Positions 57,745 through 64,000 of a stretch of 64,000 nt of DNA are shown here, in pieces. The position numbers and the translations under genes are program-made. Source of the stretch: Octopus vulgaris (lineage: Eukaryota); assembly GCA_951406725.2 (NCBI GenBank), contig OX597814.1, positions 145,824,001 through 145,888,000 of the forward strand, read 5' to 3'. A model generated the notes under the pieces. The model did no database searches and was not told the origin of the DNA. It saw nothing but the letters and a program-made list of their open reading frames with translations. Position 1 is the first letter of the stretch, and the number at the start of each line of letters is the position of its first letter.

Positions 57745-57953
57745 AAACGATTTCTGTTCAATCTGCGTTCAGCTCCATTTCTTCAATTCACCAATAATGT
57801 TTTAATTTCAATTATCCGCACCAACGCACGGTTGCAACACCATATGGTTGTACCTCCAACCGTGCTGTTTACTGCTGTGATTTTTGCTACTAAGGTATCG
57901 GTTAAACCTTTGATTAATCTACTACAAGATTATTCATCTTTCTATTTCACATA

Positions 57954-58003
<50 letters not shown>

Positions 58004-58652
58004 AATGCTTATAGTTGTATGTTTACACACGTACCTAAATCCATTTGTTGTTTCGTTTAGTTTTCTTAGCTACAATATCAATCTCTTTCAGCCGACTAGG
58101 GCATGTATCGGGGTGAGTGAGATCAACCTCAAAACACAAGTAATTAAAATACAAGCATATGAGAAACCAAGTTTGACATTTAAAAATCCCATTCCTAATT
58201 TTTATTTAAAGTTCTTTTTTCTGGATTTCAGGAAAAATATATATCTTGCTCAAATGTATGTGGTTTCTGTAATGTCGATAATATTCGTACTCGCCTGATT
58301 CAAACGGATATTCAACAAAGAACCAAAGTGAATTTCTAAGCATCGGCATGAAAATTATTTCATTCTAATAGACTACAAATCATTGAGCAAGGCTAATATG
58401 CTCAAAATATTGAATACGATTGCTTGCCTTAGCCTTTGTCCACAATACATAGGAATACGTGGTTTTCTCAGATGCTTAGAATAAAGAATATTTCCTTATA
58501 ACTCTTTCAAAGTATTGAGTACAATCATATATGAATCAGATATGGTGAATGATGTGTGATACACACACACACACGCACACGCACAGGCATACACACACAC
58601 ACGCACACGCACACGCACACACACACACACACATACACACACATACACACAC

Positions 58653-58700
<48 letters not shown>

Positions 58701-58898
58701 TTCAGGGTAGGAAAACATTTAGAAATGTTTGCTACAAGTGTCCTAGCATGTAGACAACTAGACAATAAACTATATATTATTTTGTTATGTTTTTCTTTTC
58801 CTTCGAAAATACCCTTAATAGTGGTTTGGATTTTGACTACTTTTTCTAGCGTGTAGAGATGTTCTACTATGGCCACTTTTTATGTGTTTAAATGTACA

Positions 58899-58996
<98 letters not shown>

Positions 58997-59011
58997 GTAT
59001 ATGTATGTATG

Positions 59012-59051
<40 letters not shown>

Positions 59052-60499
59052 AGGAAAATTCACAAAAAAACAAAAGACGAAAAGGTATTTTCAGTATAAT
59101 TCCTGTTGAAAAAACACTAAGAAACTGATTCAAATCTTGATCCTTGCCACTTGGCACTCTCTCATGTATATATATATATACTCTCTCATGTATATATATA
59201 TATATATACTCTCTCATGTATATATATATACATGTGTAAATGTCGAACGACGAGAATGACTACTGAACTCAACGCCACATTGGTAGATAGAATTGGATTT
59301 ATGTTAAGAAACATTATCTTAATGTATTAACAATTTTTCAAGCGGATTCACACTGGAGTCGAACAGCATTCTTCCATGTGATTGGCTTGTAAAATTGCTA
59401 ATATTTTAAACTATTTTTGTTAACATGAAACCAATGGTAGACTTTATACAGATCTATCTATCTATCCATCTATCAATCAACCTATATGTATATCTATCTA
59501 TATATATATATATAACAGCATACGTGCGCGCACACACACACACACGCGCAAACATACACGCATCCATTTATTACTATTACCATCATTATTACGATATATG
59601 TATATATGTATGCAGTTAGGTATTTATGTGAGTTTTTGTGTACAGGTGTGCGAGTGTTTTTTCTGTGTTTTTGATTAAAATGATAAAATATCCATAATAA
59701 CATATTCAGTGTTAATTAATGAAATCTTAAATTTTCATTGATTTAAGCGATAAAATTGCAAAATACATCAACTAAGTTTTGAAATACCTTTTATTTCAAT
59801 ATAGTACGTATATCCACACGCACAATATTCGACATAACGCATCATACAACTACCTGATGTATTGAATACATTGAAATTAATCTGATATTGTAATAGATAA
59901 AATTTCATTTAATATTGAAATTACTCGATACAATATTATATCATTGAAATTAATGTCTAAATGAACATATAATTGGCAATCATTTTCAGATCCAATTGAT
60001 AAATTATTGGATAAGCTGTAAGATAGTCGAAATGAAGAATATTTATAATCTTGACGTCTAATGATGTCTAACAGTACACTGTATATATTTATGCTATGTT
60101 TACCAATAAATGTTCACTTGTGTTTCATTGTGATTTCAATTTTAGGACATAACGCAGTTTATAATATGCCATGTTCTCGTATCGTATGTTTTCATTTAGG
60201 AATATATTTAGGTTGATGAAATATAAATGAACGAATTGAGGATGCATGTACACTTACAGGGTTGCACCATTTCTCGTAGACATATTGTATGAAATAGTAC
60301 CTGTTAAATCCAATATCGTCTCGTGGCTTGTCAAAAGGTGTTTGCTGTAAACAAGTATAATATTGGAAAGAAGATGTACTCGTCAATTATATTTTTAGTA
60401 CTTACTTTGCGTGAGCGTAGAGTAGAAGATATAGGGGAAGTAATTAGTGGCATATATTACTCAGTAAAAAAGTGACTCATAGTAAATTTATATAGATAT

Positions 60500-60704
60500 T
60501 CTTTTATTCATTAATTTGTTTCAGTCATTTGACTGCGACCATGCTGGAACACAGCCTTTAGTCGAACAAATCGACCCTAGGACTTATTTTTTGTAAGCCT
60601 AATACTTATACTAACGTACTGATAAGTTACGGGGACGTAAACACACCAACATCAGTTGCCAAGCGATGATACGGGGGACAAACATAAACACACAAACACA
60701 CACG

Positions 60705-60743
<39 letters not shown>

Positions 60744-60903
60744 GACGGACTTCCTTTAGTTTCCGTCTACCAAATCCACTCACAAGGCTTTGGTCAGCCC
60801 GAGGTTATAGTAGAAGACACTTGCCAAAAGTGCCACGCAGTGGGACTGAACTCGGAACCATGTGATTGATAGGCAAGCTGCTTACCACACAGCCACTCCT
60901 GCG
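60500..60903 (-). mobile_element. SINE family A
   Basis: Reverse-complement copy ending CACAGCCACTCCTGCG. Confidence 0.9.
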
Positions 60904-61918
60904 CTCATATATATAATACCATATTATCATTTACTTGTTACAATCATTTGACTGCCGCCATGCTGGGGGTCCACCTTGAAGGCGTTTAGTCGACAATGTT
61001 AATTTCTTTGCAGTTTGGGCAGTATTTAAGGTTTTGCGCTTTGTAGTTCATATCTACATTTATTTTGACAAAGGATGAGCCCTTGAATTTTATTTGGGAA
61101 CCACTTTCTAAGAATTTAAAGTTGTTGTTGTTGCATGTTCCCTGGAGATAGGAGATGTGGATCATATAACAACAACTTTAAATACTTAGAAAGTGGTTTC
61201 CACATAAAATTCAAGAGCGGATCTGTTTTATATAAATGGACAAGCTATTTGTACATTCACATAATTCTATTTGAAAAGTTCGGGAAACGAACGAAAGCGC
61301 TCATAATGAAAAAATAAACAGGTTTTCTTCCAAAATTCTGGCGACCTTTTTCCTCAGTATTCAATATCTATACACCACACCTAACACTCTATACACACAC
61401 ACACATACACACACACACACACACCACACCTGACACTCTATAGAAACACACATACATATATATATACATACACACAACACAACACACACACGTTCCCATA
61501 CAATTATATGAATTTAGTCTTCTATCTGCCAAATTGTCTAATCGAATGATTTCGTTCTTGTAAAATTTTTCCTCTATCAGGAGAATAATCAAACACTCGT
61601 TAGCCATGAGTGATCGGGTAAGTAGCTGAAGTTCTTTCGTACAGGCGATGATTTCTTCCAAGCCGGCTAACGAGCCACTGACATTATACAAAAGGATTGC
61701 AAAACATATTGGAATGGAATTTTGAAGTTTTACCACACCAGACCTCTATTTATTCGATTGATCTTTCTGGTCATTGTCCAACCTTCCAGCAAGCTTCCTC
61801 AATTATATGTGACGATGGAAGAGCCTAATTGTGAAATAACGAGATTGACGGAGCAAGAGTGGGTTAAGGAGTGTAAGCGGAAGTAAAAAGTAGAGAGTAA
61901 TTGTTAACGTGTAACTTG

Positions 61919-62134
61919 TTTAACCCTTTAGCAATTATTATTTCTGTGTCACATGTAATGCTTATATATCCACATTGTTTTAATTATTTATGCATCATCT
62001 GATAACTTTTAGATTTCGATGACGTGATTGTATATTTTCAAAATGACACTGTAGGGTAGATGTGAGAAGCCAGATCTAGCTAGTTTGAACGTAAAAATGC
62101 AAAAGATATTGGTCGGATATGGCCGGGGTGAATG
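61919..62134. mobile_element. Possible piggyBac-type MITE remnant
   Basis: TTAA followed by CCCTTTAGCA resembles a piggyBac terminus; no matching right terminus visible. Confidence 0.3.
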
Positions 62135-62136
62135 TG

Positions 62137-62923
62137 CATATTCTCAATGGGAGATAAACATTTATGGGGGGAGTAACATTTATGGGGAAAGTAACATGGT
62201 GGCCAAAAGTTGAGAAAATGTTTTTTGTCAGCTTGGTCGTCATTCTTATCTTTCGTTCTGATGGGTTTTTTTAATTAGCAAACTCCCTGTGATTCATCGA
62301 CAGAATGAAATGTTTAAGAACTCAAGTACGTTTTCCTTTCAGAGTGGCTATCTCTGACTGGTAATATATATTTTTCCTCTCTAGAAAGAATTTGTTAGAA
62401 CATGGGTATTTAAAACCACAAATTGTGTGTTTATTTGAATCAATTTATAATACGCTTTCATCAATACGTTCATTTTATTACCTAAATTTGGAGTATAGTC
62501 TGCTAACGTTGTGAAAATTCCTCTTCCAGTACATGCATACATAATACACACAGACACACAGACACATAAGTGCCATGTGTGTGAGCGTGTATATATATAT
62601 ATATATATATATAACAAGGGATTCAAATAAACACACAATTTGTGGTTTTAAATACCCATGTTCTAACAAATTCTTTCTAGAGAGGAAAAATATATATTAC
62701 CAGTCAGAGATAGCCACTCTGAAAGGAAAACGTACTTGAGTTCTTAAACATTTCATTCTGTCGATGAATCACAGGGAGTTTGCTAATTAAAAAACCCATC
62801 AGAACGAAAGATAAGAATGACGACCAAGCTGACAAAAAACATTTTCTCAACTTTTGGCCACCATGTTACTTTCCCCATAAATGTTACTCCCCCCATAAAT
62901 GTTTATCTCCCATTGAGAATATG
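62137..62923. repeat. Inverted repeat with about 305-bp near-identical arms
   Basis: 62137-62441 versus 62620-62923; one homopolymer indel seen. Confidence 0.93.
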
Positions 62924-63144
62924 GTTGTGCGTGTATGCATGTGTGTGAGTGAGTGTATATGTGTATGTGTATGCAATTGTGTGTATACGTCTGTGTAGAC
63001 ATAAGCACACCTATGCGATCCTGTGATTATTGATTATATATGCCTTTTTCTGTACGTTTATGCATTTAATTTTGGAGTAGACGTCGATAGATGCACGTGT
63101 TATATTTAGTTTACATAGACATACGCATATATAGATATATGTGC

Positions 63145-63194
<50 letters not shown>

Positions 63195-63259
63195 GCACAT
63201 ATATCTATATATGCGTATGTCTATGTAAACTAAATATAACACGTGCCATGTGTGTGAGC

Positions 63260-63299
<40 letters not shown>

Positions 63300-63523
63300 G
63301 CACATATATCTATATATGCGTATGTCTATGTAAACTAAATATAACACGTGCATCTATCGACGTCTACTCCAAAATTAAATGCATAAACGTACAGAAAAAG
63401 GCATATATAATCAATAATCACAGGATCGCATAGGTGTGCTTATGTCTACACAGACGTATACACACAATTGCATACACATACACATATACACTCACTCACA
63501 CACATGCATACACGCACAACCAT
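62921..63523. repeat. Inverted repeat with 228-bp arms and an internal short duplication
   Basis: 62921-63148 versus 63296-63523; 63191-63246 repeats 63296-63351; 63243-63263 repeats 62570-62590. Confidence 0.93.
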
Positions 63524-64000
63524 CACTGTTATGGACCAAGGTTTTTCGTCTAATTCAGTCTGCCTTCGAAGTAATATGTTACCTTTAATTTCCCCCAATT
63601 TGCTGTATCCTATTCTCAGAATATTTCATAAATGCAAGTATATATATAAGATATTTCTCGATATTATTACAGGTGCGACTAGCTACTGATTAAATATCGA
63701 ATAATCCTGTACTTTTTGATATAACATACGCATTTTATTACTTTAATCGCATTGTAGAGTTGTATATTTAATAATATTCTCTCATGCTTAATAATTTCTG
63801 GCAAACACACACAGACGCGTTCACACACACACACACACATACACACACACACTTGCACAAACACAACTATATGTAGCTTGAAAATTTAATCTTTAATATA
63901 TATATAAAGAATAGTTACATACATAATATATACATATATATATATATATGAATGTCTATATATTTATATGTATATATGTACTTATCTTTCTGTCATCTGT

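Larger units (their letters stand above)
57328..57953. mobile_element. Young HHR-bearing foldback element inserted in (TA)n: 477-bp perfect palindrome plus about 150-nt one-sided extension
   Basis: Arms 57328-57564 and 57568-57804 are reverse complements around an ATG spacer; (TA)n on both flanks. Confidence 0.92.

Noticed and set aside
62137-63523. These inverted repeats as another HHR foldback or a TIR transposon
   Set aside because: No HHR fold or TSD found; the arms are copies of local flanking DNA joined by microhomology.

Overview
AT-rich, microsatellite-dense eukaryotic non-coding DNA, inferred to be from an octopus-type cephalopod because of the tRNA-derived SINE families and (TA)n/(CA)n/(TAA)n density. 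I can support no intact protein-coding gene; nearly all listed ORFs are microsatellite or transposon artefacts. Ordinary content: many SINEs, LINE fragments (RLE/R4-Dong-like, RTE-like), DNA-transposon remnants (hAT, nested mariner-like) and a 37-bp minisatellite. The main signal is a set of sequence-unrelated non-coding elements carrying type I hammerhead ribozyme (HHR) motifs with palindromic stem III. Three are head-to-head foldbacks (25.3-27.9 kb, 42.2-43.1 kb, 57.3-58.0 kb), one is solo (21.4 kb) and one is decayed (32.2 kb); several sit in (TA)n tracts. They resemble Penelope-like pLTR or retrozyme elements. One has a 466-nt terminally redundant unit and two share a non-canonical A.A at the base of stem II. 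A separate inverted, circularly permuted self-duplication lies at 62.1-63.5 kb. All folds and alignments were done by eye.
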